Origin: Pseudodesulfovibrio mercurii
GTDB lineage: Bacteria; Desulfobacterota; Desulfovibrionia; Desulfovibrionales; Desulfovibrionaceae
Length of the DNA stretch: 32,000 bases
Assembly (NCBI RefSeq): GCF_000189295.2
Contig: NC_016803.1
Coordinates: 2,400,001-2,432,000, forward strand
Direction of reading: 5' to 3'
Part shown: piece after piece, positions 10,134-17,449 of the stretch
Layout of the letters: every line of letters starts with the position of its first letter
Numbering within the stretch: position 1 is the stretch's first letter
Program-made: the position numbers and the translations under genes
The notes under the pieces: model-generated
The model's input: the letters and a program-made list of their open reading frames with translations, nothing else
What the model was told of the DNA's origin: nothing
Database searches by the model: none

Positions 10134-10141
10134 GCCCCCCG

Positions 10142-11122
10142 CTAAATGATCTCAGCTCCGCTGAGAACAGCGACGAACCGCTTGAAGACGTTCATGTCCA
10201 CGTTCTCGCGCATTTCGTTTCTGATGAGGGAGAGGGCCTCGTAGGGCTCCATGGCCTCGGCGTAGGGACGGTCCGTGGTCAGGGCGTCGTAGATGTCGGA
10301 CAGGGAGATGATGCGCACGGGCATGGGCACGTTGTCGCCCTTGATGCCCGCCGGATAGCCCGAGCCGTCCATGGTCTCGTGGTGGAACAGGATACAGTTG
10401 ATCGTGTTCTGGGTCATGGGCAGGTGCGCGCACATGGACACCCCGTGCACCGGGTGCTCCTTGATGATCTCGCGCTCCGCCGTGGTCAGCGGGCCGCGCT
10501 TGTTCAGGATGCGCTTGGGAATCTTGGCCTTGCCCACGTCGTGCAGCAGCGCGCCCAGCCCGTACTCGAAGACCTCGCTCTCGGTCATGTTGTAGGTCTG
10601 GAACAGGGCCACGGAGTACACGAACACGTGCATGCAGTGGGTGTAGGTCTTGTAGTCGTGAGAGATGAACGGCGCCACCGCGGACAGGGAGTTGTCCTTG
10701 GCCAGAAACTTGATGGAGTTGCGCACGATCTCGGTGATGCGGTCGAAATGCCGGGCCCGCAGCGCGCTCGGCAGCCTGCGGTCGAACACGTCCTGCAGGA
10801 CCACCGTGGTGGCCTCGAAGAATATCCGCGAACGCGCCTCGATGGGCAGGGTCTCGTCCAGCAGGATCCGGCCCAGGTTGCGCTCGATGTATTTCTCGTA
10901 CTCCGCCCGCTCCGAGCCCTGGACGTACACTTCCTTGACCCCGTTCTTGTGCAGGGTCTGGCGGTGGCGGGTGGTGAATTTCTGGCCGGAAGAGGTATAA
11001 AGGACAAAGTCCCCACCCTGCCAGAGGTAGACGGAGAAGTTCCCAAGGGCTTCCGGAAACAGCATTACCGGAGAGACGGGAAAGTAGGATACCGGCCGAG
11101 CGGCGCGAGGATTCGTATCCAT
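10142..11122 (-). CDS. HD-GYP domain c-di-GMP phosphodiesterase-type protein
   Basis: Motifs LLHDVGKAKIP and FHHETMDGSGYPAG. Start set at MDTNPRAA (ATG 11122). The upstream part of the listed ORF is not protein-like. Confidence 0.85.
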   Translation of the reverse strand: MDTNPRAARPVSYFPVSPVMLFPEALGNFSVYLWQGGDFVLYTSSGQKFTTRHRQTLHKNGVKEVYVQGSERAEYEKYIERNLGRILLDETLPIEARSRIFFEATTVVLQDVFDRRLPSALRARHFDRITEIVRNSIKFLAKDNSLSAVAPFISHDYKTYTHCMHVFVYSVALFQTYNMTESEVFEYGLGALLHDVGKAKIPKRILNKRGPLTTAEREIIKEHPVHGVSMCAHLPMTQNTINCILFHHETMDGSGYPAGIKGDNVPMPVRIISLSDIYDALTTDRPYAEAMEPYEALSLIRNEMRENVDMNVFKRFVAVLSGAEII

Positions 11123-11327
11123 TTCACGGTTCCATATAATATTACCCGGACGATTGCTAGTAAAAATCCGGAGAATGTCTAGAATATAAAGTATAAACGA
11201 AGTGACGCTGTTGCGGTCGTTGCGCGTTTGGTTCCGGCACGAGACCGGGATCGGTTCGGGGCCGTTCTTGTGCAAACGGCCGCAACGGGTTAGTGTCGCG
11301 CATATCCCTACCCCGGAGAATCCCCGC

Positions 11328-12089
11328 ATGAAAACAATCCTGACCGTCTGCCTGCTGCTCCTTTTCGCCGCCACCGCCGGGGCCGCCGGGCCCCTCCACT
11401 TCGTGGCGGACGCGGACCTTCCGCCCTATTCCATGGTCACCGACGGCGCTCCGAGCGGCATCGACGTGGACGTCTTCAGCGAGGCCGCACGCCGGGCCGG
11501 GCTCGAGGTCGAGATCAAGACCTACCCCCTGGAAACCGTGCTGGCCATGGTCCGGGACGGCAAGTGCGACGGGGCGCTGGGCCTGTTCCGCACGCCCGAG
11601 CGCGAGCGCTACGCCCTGTTCCTGGACGCCACCCCGATCCACTACAGCGACTACGTGCTCTTCACCAAGGTGGGCAACCGCTTCGCCTTCAACGGCTATC
11701 CCGACTTGGCGGGCAAGGTCATCGGCATGGCCGCCGGGCTGGACCTCGGCCCGGACTTTGCCGCCGCCCGCGCCAAGGGGGACATGATCGTCAAGGAATA
11801 TCCCGACATGCGGGCCATCATCGCCGGGCTGCTCGGCGGGGAGATCGACGCCTTTGCCGGGAACATCGACGTCACCTACTACCGCCTCAAGGACATGGGG
11901 CTGACCAGCTCCATCGTCTACCTCGACCGCAAGCTCCTGACCGACAAGCCGTCCTACGCCGTGTTTTCCAGGGCGGCGAACCTGCCCGACCGGGACGGCA
12001 CGGTCCAGGCCCTGGAAAGGGCCCTGGACCAGATGGCCAAGGACGGAACCTACAAGACCATCGCCCGGCGCTACCTGCTGCGCTTCTAG
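11328..12089 (+). CDS. Periplasmic solute-binding protein, family 3 (amino-acid ABC type), orphan
   Basis: Sec signal MKTILTVCLLLLFAATAGAAG. PBPb-like pattern (PPYSM, GIDVDVFSEAARRAGLEVE, IDAFAGNIDVTYY). RBS GGAGA. No permease or ATPase gene is adjacent. Confidence 0.75.
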   Translation: MKTILTVCLLLLFAATAGAAGPLHFVADADLPPYSMVTDGAPSGIDVDVFSEAARRAGLEVEIKTYPLETVLAMVRDGKCDGALGLFRTPERERYALFLDATPIHYSDYVLFTKVGNRFAFNGYPDLAGKVIGMAAGLDLGPDFAAARAKGDMIVKEYPDMRAIIAGLLGGEIDAFAGNIDVTYYRLKDMGLTSSIVYLDRKLLTDKPSYAVFSRAANLPDRDGTVQALERALDQMAKDGTYKTIARRYLLRF

Positions 12090-12194
12090 CCCGCGCACGG
12101 GAAGCCGAGGATGCCGGAGGCGTGTCCCGCGATCTTGCGCGGTGCGGCGGGGCAGGGTAGGCTTACCGGCAAACCGTGAAGCCAAGGAGTCGCG

Positions 12195-12986
12195 ATGGCC
12201 GCCTTTCCACCCGTCACCCTGCTGGTCCGAAACATCGGCAAGTCCGCCCGGTTCTACAAGAGCGCCCTGGGGTTCGACCTGGCCTGGAACGGCCTGCTGG
12301 TCGGTCCCTACGGCCAGTCCCTGCGCCTGGTGGAGGGCCGTGACGCCACGGCCGGTGGGTGCGTGATCGTCACCCTGGAGGTCCCGGACGTGGGCCGGGC
12401 CGTGGAGGCCATCCTGGACAACGGCGGCGGCCGGGCCGAGAAGCTGATGGGCGACGAGCCGCTGTACCTGGGGCCTGACGGTGAGATGCTCGCCCTGACC
12501 GGGCGCGGCCTGTCGGGCGCGGAGCGCATCCGGCTGGTGGTCTACGACTTCGACGGGGTCATGACGGACAACCAGGTGACCACCGACCAGAACGGGCACG
12601 AGTCCATCCGGGCCAACCGCAGCGACGGCCTGGGCGTGGGACTCATCCAGCGGCTCGGCATCCGCCAGGTCATCCTGTCCACCGAGGCCAACCCCGTGGT
12701 CAAGGCCCGGGCCGGCAAGATCGGCCTGGAGGCGCTCCACGGCATCCGCGACAAGGGGTCGGCCCTGCTCAACCTGGCCGCGAAATATCAGCTCTCCATG
12801 AACGCCATCCTGTACGTGGGCAACGACATCAACGACGCCAACGCCATGGGGCTGGCCGGATTCCGGGTCGCTCCCGCCGACGCCCACCCGTCCATCCTGG
12901 CCCTGGCCGACTACGTGACCGAGGCCAGGGGCGGCCACGGCGTGGTCCGCGAGCTGGCCGACGTGCTGGCGGCGGGCCGGGCCTAG
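12195..12986 (+). CDS. Fusion protein: N-terminal VOC/glyoxalase-like domain + KdsC-type HAD-IIIA phosphatase
   Basis: The first ~100 residues match the VOC pattern (VTLLVRNIGKSARFYKSALGFDL, GPDGEMLAL). The C-terminal half has KdsC motifs VVYDFDGVMTDNQV, SDGLGVGLIQRLGI and YVGNDINDANAM. RBS AAGGAG. Confidence 0.75.
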   Translation: MAAFPPVTLLVRNIGKSARFYKSALGFDLAWNGLLVGPYGQSLRLVEGRDATAGGCVIVTLEVPDVGRAVEAILDNGGGRAEKLMGDEPLYLGPDGEMLALTGRGLSGAERIRLVVYDFDGVMTDNQVTTDQNGHESIRANRSDGLGVGLIQRLGIRQVILSTEANPVVKARAGKIGLEALHGIRDKGSALLNLAAKYQLSMNAILYVGNDINDANAMGLAGFRVAPADAHPSILALADYVTEARGGHGVVRELADVLAAGRA

Positions 12987-13514
12987 CTATTTCCTGGGGT
13001 GCGACCTGCGCCACTGGGCGGGGGTCATGTCCAGGCCGCCCTTGCTCCAGAAGCCGCGCCGCGCCTGCCGGGCCTCGGCCTCGGCCTGCCGGATGCGCTC
13101 GGCATGGCGGACGTTGGGTTTGACCACCAGGGGGACGGCCAGCCCGGCGCGGACGAGCGCCTCGTTGAGCATGACGCCGTCGGCGTAGACATAGGCCAGG
13201 GTCCGGCCGTAGCGGTCGCGGGGGTCCTTGTCGAACTCCAGGCGCAACCCCTTGCCCTGGCAGAAATCACGGGTGAAGTCGCGGGCCTTGCGGCTGTATT
13301 CCTGCCGATATTCCGGGGCGTCCACGCCGATGAGCCGGACCTCCAGGGTACTTCCCCGGTACGTCACGCGAAAGGAGTCGCCGTCCAGGACCTTGACCAG
13401 CCGGGCCGTGTCGTCGGCGGCCGGGGCGCAGGCGGGCAGGAGCCCGGCGCCGAGACAGACGCAGAAGATGGCGAGAACGAACAGGCGCGGGAAAAGGGTG
13501 TTGCGGTGGTGCAT
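12987..13514 (-). CDS. Secreted/lipoprotein staphylococcal-nuclease (SNase/thermonuclease) homologue
   Basis: Signal peptide ends LLPAC. SNase motifs VRLIGVDAPE and DRYGRTLAYVY. Confidence 0.85.
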   Translation of the reverse strand: MHHRNTLFPRLFVLAIFCVCLGAGLLPACAPAADDTARLVKVLDGDSFRVTYRGSTLEVRLIGVDAPEYRQEYSRKARDFTRDFCQGKGLRLEFDKDPRDRYGRTLAYVYADGVMLNEALVRAGLAVPLVVKPNVRHAERIRQAEAEARQARRGFWSKGGLDMTPAQWRRSHPRK

Positions 13515-13576
13515 GCATGGAGCATAGACTCTTTTCCCGAACCGTTCCAGTGAATCCCAACCGCCCGGAGGCCCTG

Positions 13577-14407
13577 ATGAAACTGACTTTTCTGGTAGAC
13601 AATAACGCGCTGGTGGGCAGCCAGTACCTGGCCGAGGCCGGGCTGTCCATGTTCATCGAGGCGGACGGACAACGGGTGCTGTTCGACACCGGGTATTCGG
13701 ACGCGTTCCTGGTCAATGCCCGGCGCAAGGGCGTGGACCTGCTGCGCCTGGATTGGATCGCCCTGTCCCACGGCCACTTCGACCACACCTGGGGGCTGGG
13801 CATGTTGCTGCGCCAATATTGCGAATCCGGCCTCCGGGACCTGCCCCGGGCGAACCTGCTGGCCCACCCCAAGGCCGTGGAGACCAAGCGGCACCGAGGC
13901 ATCATGGAATTCGGCCCCCTGCTGTCCAGGGACAAGCTGGCGAGCTATTTCGACCTGAAGCTCACGACCGAGCCCACCTGGCTGACCGACTCCCTGGTCG
14001 GCCTGGGCGAGATCGAGCGGACCATGGACTTCGAGACGCCCGCAACCCTGGGCGAACGGCTGGAAAACGGCGAATTCGTGCCGGACGACCTCCCGGACGA
14101 CACGGCCCTGACCTACGTCACGGACACGGGGCTGGTGGTCATCGCGGGCTGCGCCCACACGGGCATCTGCAACACCGTGGAGCAGGCGAAAAAGGTGACG
14201 GGGGTGGACAGGGTGCGCGCGGTCCTGGGCGGTTTCCACCTGCAAAAGGCCGGACCCGAGCGGCTCGGCCCCACTGCGGACTACCTGGCCGCGCTCGATC
14301 TGGAGGGGCTGTGGTGCTGCCACTGCACGGATCTTGCCGCCAAGATCGCCCTGGCCGCCCAGTGCCCGGTCAGGGAAGTGGGCTCCGGCCTGAGCCTGGA
14401 GTTCTAG
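13577..14407 (+). CDS. MBL-fold metallo-hydrolase (COG1237-like)
   Basis: Motifs MKLTFLVDNN and LSHGHFDHTWG. Start set at ATG 13577 (GGAGGCCCTGATG). Confidence 0.85.
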   Translation: MKLTFLVDNNALVGSQYLAEAGLSMFIEADGQRVLFDTGYSDAFLVNARRKGVDLLRLDWIALSHGHFDHTWGLGMLLRQYCESGLRDLPRANLLAHPKAVETKRHRGIMEFGPLLSRDKLASYFDLKLTTEPTWLTDSLVGLGEIERTMDFETPATLGERLENGEFVPDDLPDDTALTYVTDTGLVVIAGCAHTGICNTVEQAKKVTGVDRVRAVLGGFHLQKAGPERLGPTADYLAALDLEGLWCCHCTDLAAKIALAAQCPVREVGSGLSLEF

Positions 14408-14463
14408 GCGGAATCAATGCACCGCGCCGGATCAGGCGCGGACGAACTGGGACGCCCCCGGTC

Positions 14464-14646
14464 CTAGGCCACCGCCGACAGCGCCCACCCCCCGTCCAAC
14501 ACGCCCACCCGGCAGGCATAGTCCGCCAGCACCCACCGCCCGTACGCCGGGCCCCGGACCCAATAGAGATTATTGAGGAGAAAGGGGATGACCGCGATCA
14601 GGTAGAGCATCCACTTGTTGCCGCGTGCGTTCATTTTGTCCTGCAT
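14464..14646 (-). CDS. Possible small membrane protein or gene fragment
   Basis: A 60-aa ORF with one hydrophobic helix (WMLYLIAVIPFLLNNLYWV). The SD is weak, and an internal ATG (MNARG) has AGGA upstream. It could be a truncated remnant. Confidence 0.25.
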   Translation of the reverse strand: MQDKMNARGNKWMLYLIAVIPFLLNNLYWVRGPAYGRWVLADYACRVGVLDGGWALSAVA

Positions 14647-14717
14647 CGTTACTGCCGTCTCGGTTCACGCTGCGGAATCCATATGACAACAGATATCGTC
14701 CAGACAAAGGAGGAGAT

Positions 14718-15152
14718 ATGCCGATCCGATACGAATTCATGGGGCGCGCCAAACTTATCAAGGGCTATTCCTATCCGGTCAAGAGAAGCGAACTCGACGC
14801 CGCGCTCGAACAGGCCGGAATTCATGAACCAGGCCGGATTTTTTATTCCTCCCGCTACGACGATTCCGACATGAAGGTACTGAGCGTGTTTCTCATGGGG
14901 GAGTCGCAGCAAGGTTACCGAATCAGGAACACGCCCGTGATCAGCGCGTACTCGGTTCCTGCGAACCAACGCCCCGAGATACGACGCCTCCTGGAACGGC
15001 AGGACATCCTGCCGCGCATTGCCGCCTGGCTGAAACGGCTGGAGGACGCCACCAATGTCATCCGGGGCGTCAATCAGGAAATCATCGTTTTCTTCACCGA
15101 CGCAGCATTGTCTTTCAAAGACCGACACAATAAAACAGTGGAGTTGCCTTGA
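14718..15152 (+). CDS. Hypothetical protein (144 aa), no recognisable domain
   Basis: Strong RBS AAGGAGGAGATATG. An ORF in a low-GC stretch is unlikely to be open by chance. Its stop TGA sits in the loop of the shared terminator hairpin. Confidence 0.65.
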   Translation: MPIRYEFMGRAKLIKGYSYPVKRSELDAALEQAGIHEPGRIFYSSRYDDSDMKVLSVFLMGESQQGYRIRNTPVISAYSVPANQRPEIRRLLERQDILPRIAAWLKRLEDATNVIRGVNQEIIVFFTDAALSFKDRHNKTVELP

Positions 15153-15170
15153 GGCAACTCCACTGTTTTA
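15131..15170. terminator. Bidirectional intrinsic terminator shared by convergent island genes
   Basis: A 13-bp perfect stem, CAGTGGAGTTGCC (15136-15148) with GGCAACTCCACTG (15153-15165), and loop TTGA. AATAAAA lies upstream and TTTTA downstream. Confidence 0.8.
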
Positions 15171-16007
15171 CGTCACCGGGCTTTCCGGGTCATACCCTCG
15201 TATGAGTTTCCTCAATTGGTCCTCGTTAAAAGGTGTGATCAAAGGTACTTTCATAAAAAATCGGTCCATAAGCTTGATCGCTCCCTTGATTGCATCCTTT
15301 CTCCTCAACAGATTCTGCCGTTCCTTGGGGGTTTGAGCTTCCTTGGCCTGCTTGCTCAAGGTATCAAGTTCATGCTTCGCTGCCGCTTTGAACCCTGATC
15401 GGTCCCCACCGTGCTCTTCCAACAATTTCCGAACGGCAGGATCTTGCGATACCAGCTTCCCTTTGCCGTGCTGGCCGTTGGACTGAACCATTCCGCCCAA
15501 AGCCCCAGCAGGGGCAGCGGCTTCTTTGCCTGAAGAACTCCCACTATCCCTTGAAACCGACTGAGGATTGCCGAAAGCCTCCGGCTTATCCCCTGGTTGG
15601 CGGGCCGGAGACGGTCCTTCGCCTCCTGCCACTTTGGCCGCCCCGCTCTCCTTCGCCGCCCGCCCGCCCATGGCGAGCAGGGTGCGGGGCGCGGGCTGGT
15701 TCCCGGCGGGCGCGGGCCGGTTCGTCGGCACGTTCGTCTGTTTGCTCGCGGTCCCGCCCGGGCGGCCGTAGTCGTGATTCAGGGAGACCGTCTTCCCCTC
15801 CTCGGCCGGGTCCCGGTCGAGCGGCTTGTCCACGGTCCACCAGTCCAGGGAGCGCTCGTTGCCGTGGAACTTCCTGCCCAGGCTGCCCTCCTTGCGGACC
15901 GGCTCCATCACGCCGTCCGCGTATTCGAGCCACTGCCGTTTGGGTTCGCCGGTGAACGTATCCATCCTAGTACGGGTAAATGCGTCGCTTTCCAACAGAT
16001 CGTTCAT
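15168..16007 (-). CDS. Hypothetical protein (279 aa) with long Gly/Pro/Ala/Ser-rich low-complexity centre
   Basis: RBS GAGAGGAGAACCGATATG. The ends look ordered, including a helical C-terminal part (KHELDTLSKQAKEAQTPKERQNLLRRKDAIKGAIKLMDRFF). They flank a low-complexity segment of about 110 residues. Confidence 0.65.
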   Translation of the reverse strand: MNDLLESDAFTRTRMDTFTGEPKRQWLEYADGVMEPVRKEGSLGRKFHGNERSLDWWTVDKPLDRDPAEEGKTVSLNHDYGRPGGTASKQTNVPTNRPAPAGNQPAPRTLLAMGGRAAKESGAAKVAGGEGPSPARQPGDKPEAFGNPQSVSRDSGSSSGKEAAAPAGALGGMVQSNGQHGKGKLVSQDPAVRKLLEEHGGDRSGFKAAAKHELDTLSKQAKEAQTPKERQNLLRRKDAIKGAIKLMDRFFMKVPLITPFNEDQLRKLIRGYDPESPVT

Positions 16008-16040
16008 ATCGGTTCTCCTCTCGTATTTGCTTGTTTCCTG

Positions 16041-16068
16041 GAAAAGGGCCTCCCGGAGGAGGCCCTTG
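16041..16068 (-). terminator. Intrinsic terminator/attenuator inside the island operon
   Basis: The minus strand reads AAGGGCCUCC-UCCG-GGAGGCCCUUUUC. It lies between the 81-aa gene and the 279-aa gene. Confidence 0.6.
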
Positions 16069-16119
16069 GGGCGGGGGGAGGAAGAGGCCCCCCCTAGGTT
16101 TGTCGCGGATCGACGGCGG

Positions 16120-16365
16120 TTAGGCGGGGATCACGGTGACCGTGCCGTCGGCGTTGGCGGCGACCATCAGGTCGATGGCCGAGGCCATGCCCGCGCCGGT
16201 GCAGGCGATGACGATGTCGCCGGTTTCGAGGTTGTAGTCCTCCACCGCCTGGTCGAAGTAGCCCGACCCGGCCACGGTGGCCGCGTCGTCCTCGGAACGA
16301 TAGATGAACAGCTGCTGGCCGGGCACTCCGCCCATGAGCCGCATGTCTTCGCTGGTATATGCCAT
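16120..16365 (-). CDS. Small hypothetical protein (81 aa) following the capsid-like gene
   Basis: RBS AAAGGAGAA 8 nt before the ATG. The pattern [36 protein letters not shown] recalls small proteins that I remember following capsid genes in some phages. This is not verifiable here. Confidence 0.7.
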   Translation of the reverse strand: MAYTSEDMRLMGGVPGQQLFIYRSEDDAATVAGSGYFDQAVEDYNLETGDIVIACTGAGMASAIDLMVAANADGTVTVIPA

Positions 16366-16380
16366 GGTTGCGTTCTCCTT

Positions 16381-16408
16381 TTGCGGTTGGTTGCGGTTGG
16401 TTGCGGTC
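16381..16408 (-). repeat. 2.7 copies of a 10-nt tandem repeat (coding strand CCAACCGCAA) filling the capsid/81-aa spacer
   Basis: TTGCGGTTGG occurs at 16381-16390 and 16391-16400. A partial copy TTGCGGTCCT at 16401-16410 runs into the capsid-gene stop codon. Confidence 0.8.
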
Positions 16409-17242
16409 CTAGTCGATGGCGGCGTCGTCGTCGCACTGGATCTGGACCACGCCGTCCGGGTCGATGAGGCAGGCCCCGGCCGAGAGCATGTGGTCCACCA
16501 GGTGGGCGGCCTTTTCCGGGACCCAGTCCACGAAGGCCTGGACCTTCTGGCCCTCGGCCAGGCCCGCGGCGTTGCGGTGGTAGATGTAGCACTTGCGCAT
16601 GCCCGCCTCGTCGAGGGGCAGGCCGGTGTGGAACATCCAGGTGATGCCCAGCCAGGTGCGGGACTCGGTACCCTTGAGCCAGGCGTACTGCTCGCCCGCG
16701 TAGTCGCTGGACTTGAACTCCTGGATGTTCAGCAGCTCGTTCCACTGGTGCGGGCCGACCACGGCGAAGCGGTGGCCGTCGTCGGGCACGTCGTTGGCGT
16801 TGAGCGTGCCGAAGGCCTGGAGGATCTTGTCCTTGGTCAGGCCGGTGGCCGCCTCGCCGACCACGTTGGTGGCCCCGTCGAGCTCGGTGATGAGCAGTTC
16901 GTCGATCTTGCGGCCCAGCGCCCAGGCGCCCGCATTGGCGGCCACCTGCTTCTCGTCGCTCTTGTCCTTGAGCTCGTCGAGCTTGTCGATGTACTCGGCG
17001 GCGTACCAGTCGGACAGGGTGCAGGACACGTTGGAGTGGTTGAGGTTCATGAGCGGCACGTTGCCGTGGCGGGTCTTCTTCCCGGCCGCGCCCTTGCCGA
17101 TCTTCTGGAAGACGCACTTGGAGCCTTCCACCTCGGTCTGGAGGCGCACGGTCTGGCGCATCTTGGAGCCCTGGGCCTGGTAGGCCTGGTGCACCATCTC
17201 GACGTACTGGGTGACAAAGGCGTTGCTGACGGTCGTGGACAT
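16409..17242 (-). CDS. Phage-type (HK97-fold, podovirus/T7-like pattern) major-capsid-like protein, 277 aa
   Basis: Start at MSTTVSNAF with RBS AAGGAGAAACCAATG. The N-terminal pattern [41 protein letters not shown] and the segment [16 protein letters not shown]...[13 protein letters not shown] parallel the T7 gp10 layout as I recall it. The remainder of the listed 829-aa ORF is an antisense artefact. Confidence 0.6.
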   Translation of the reverse strand: MSTTVSNAFVTQYVEMVHQAYQAQGSKMRQTVRLQTEVEGSKCVFQKIGKGAAGKKTRHGNVPLMNLNHSNVSCTLSDWYAAEYIDKLDELKDKSDEKQVAANAGAWALGRKIDELLITELDGATNVVGEAATGLTKDKILQAFGTLNANDVPDDGHRFAVVGPHQWNELLNIQEFKSSDYAGEQYAWLKGTESRTWLGITWMFHTGLPLDEAGMRKCYIYHRNAAGLAEGQKVQAFVDWVPEKAAHLVDHMLSAGACLIDPDGVVQIQCDDDAAID

Positions 17243-17321
17243 TGGTTTCTCCTTGTCCGTTGCGGGTTGCTTCAGACCGGGTATCCGAGCAGCGTCCTTT
17301 CGCGGGTGTCCGGGGTCGGCG

Positions 17322-17336
17322 GGCGAACCGTTCGCC
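17322..17336. promoter_or_regulatory. Perfect 7-1-7 palindrome GGCGAAC-C-GTTCGCC upstream of the capsid-like gene
   Basis: Read directly from the sequence. It lies 80-94 nt upstream of ATG 17242, in the 207-nt divergent region. Confidence 0.35.
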
Positions 17337-17341
17337 TGCCG

Positions 17342-17376
17342 CCTCCGGGCCGGGTGCGAGACCTCCGGGCCGGGTG
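17342..17376. repeat. Two perfect 15-bp direct repeats CCTCCGGGCCGGGTG with a 20-bp period
   Basis: Copies at 17342-17356 and 17362-17376. They lie between the capsid-like gene and the dus-like gene. Confidence 0.8.
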
Positions 17377-17449
17377 AGCAGACCGTACCACGGGTTTTTG
17401 GCCAACCCCGGTTTTGTCGAAGAATGTCAGGGAAAAACAGTCGAGAGGT

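Noticed and set aside
9842-10141. Identity of the intergenic element as tmRNA, SRP RNA, RNase P RNA or a riboswitch
   Set aside because: The minus strand starts GGGGGGCGGC and contains CCGGAAGAAAA. However, the T-arm/CCA end of tmRNA, the SRP GGAAGGGAGCA-type domain IV, the RNase P GAGGAAAGUCC box and the common riboswitch cores are all absent. No downstream gene exists for a riboswitch on either strand.
16066-16100. Purine tract GGGGCGGGGGGAGGAAGAGG resembling the tract at 9737-9754 (shared 9-mer GGGGAGGAA), both next to terminators
   Set aside because: The orientation relative to the terminator differs, and identity is limited to a low-complexity 9-mer. Evidence for a repeat family is insufficient within one window.
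16381-16408. Possible CRISPR or minisatellite nature of the 10-nt tandem repeat
   Set aside because: There are only 2.7 contiguous copies with no spacers, so it is not a CRISPR array. It is reported as a short tandem repeat instead.
14408-17449. Calling the islet a prophage or integrative mobile element
   Set aside because: No integrase, transposase, tRNA target or flanking direct repeats could be found by eye. Only compositional and gene-content evidence exists, so it is described as an islet rather than annotated as a mobile element.
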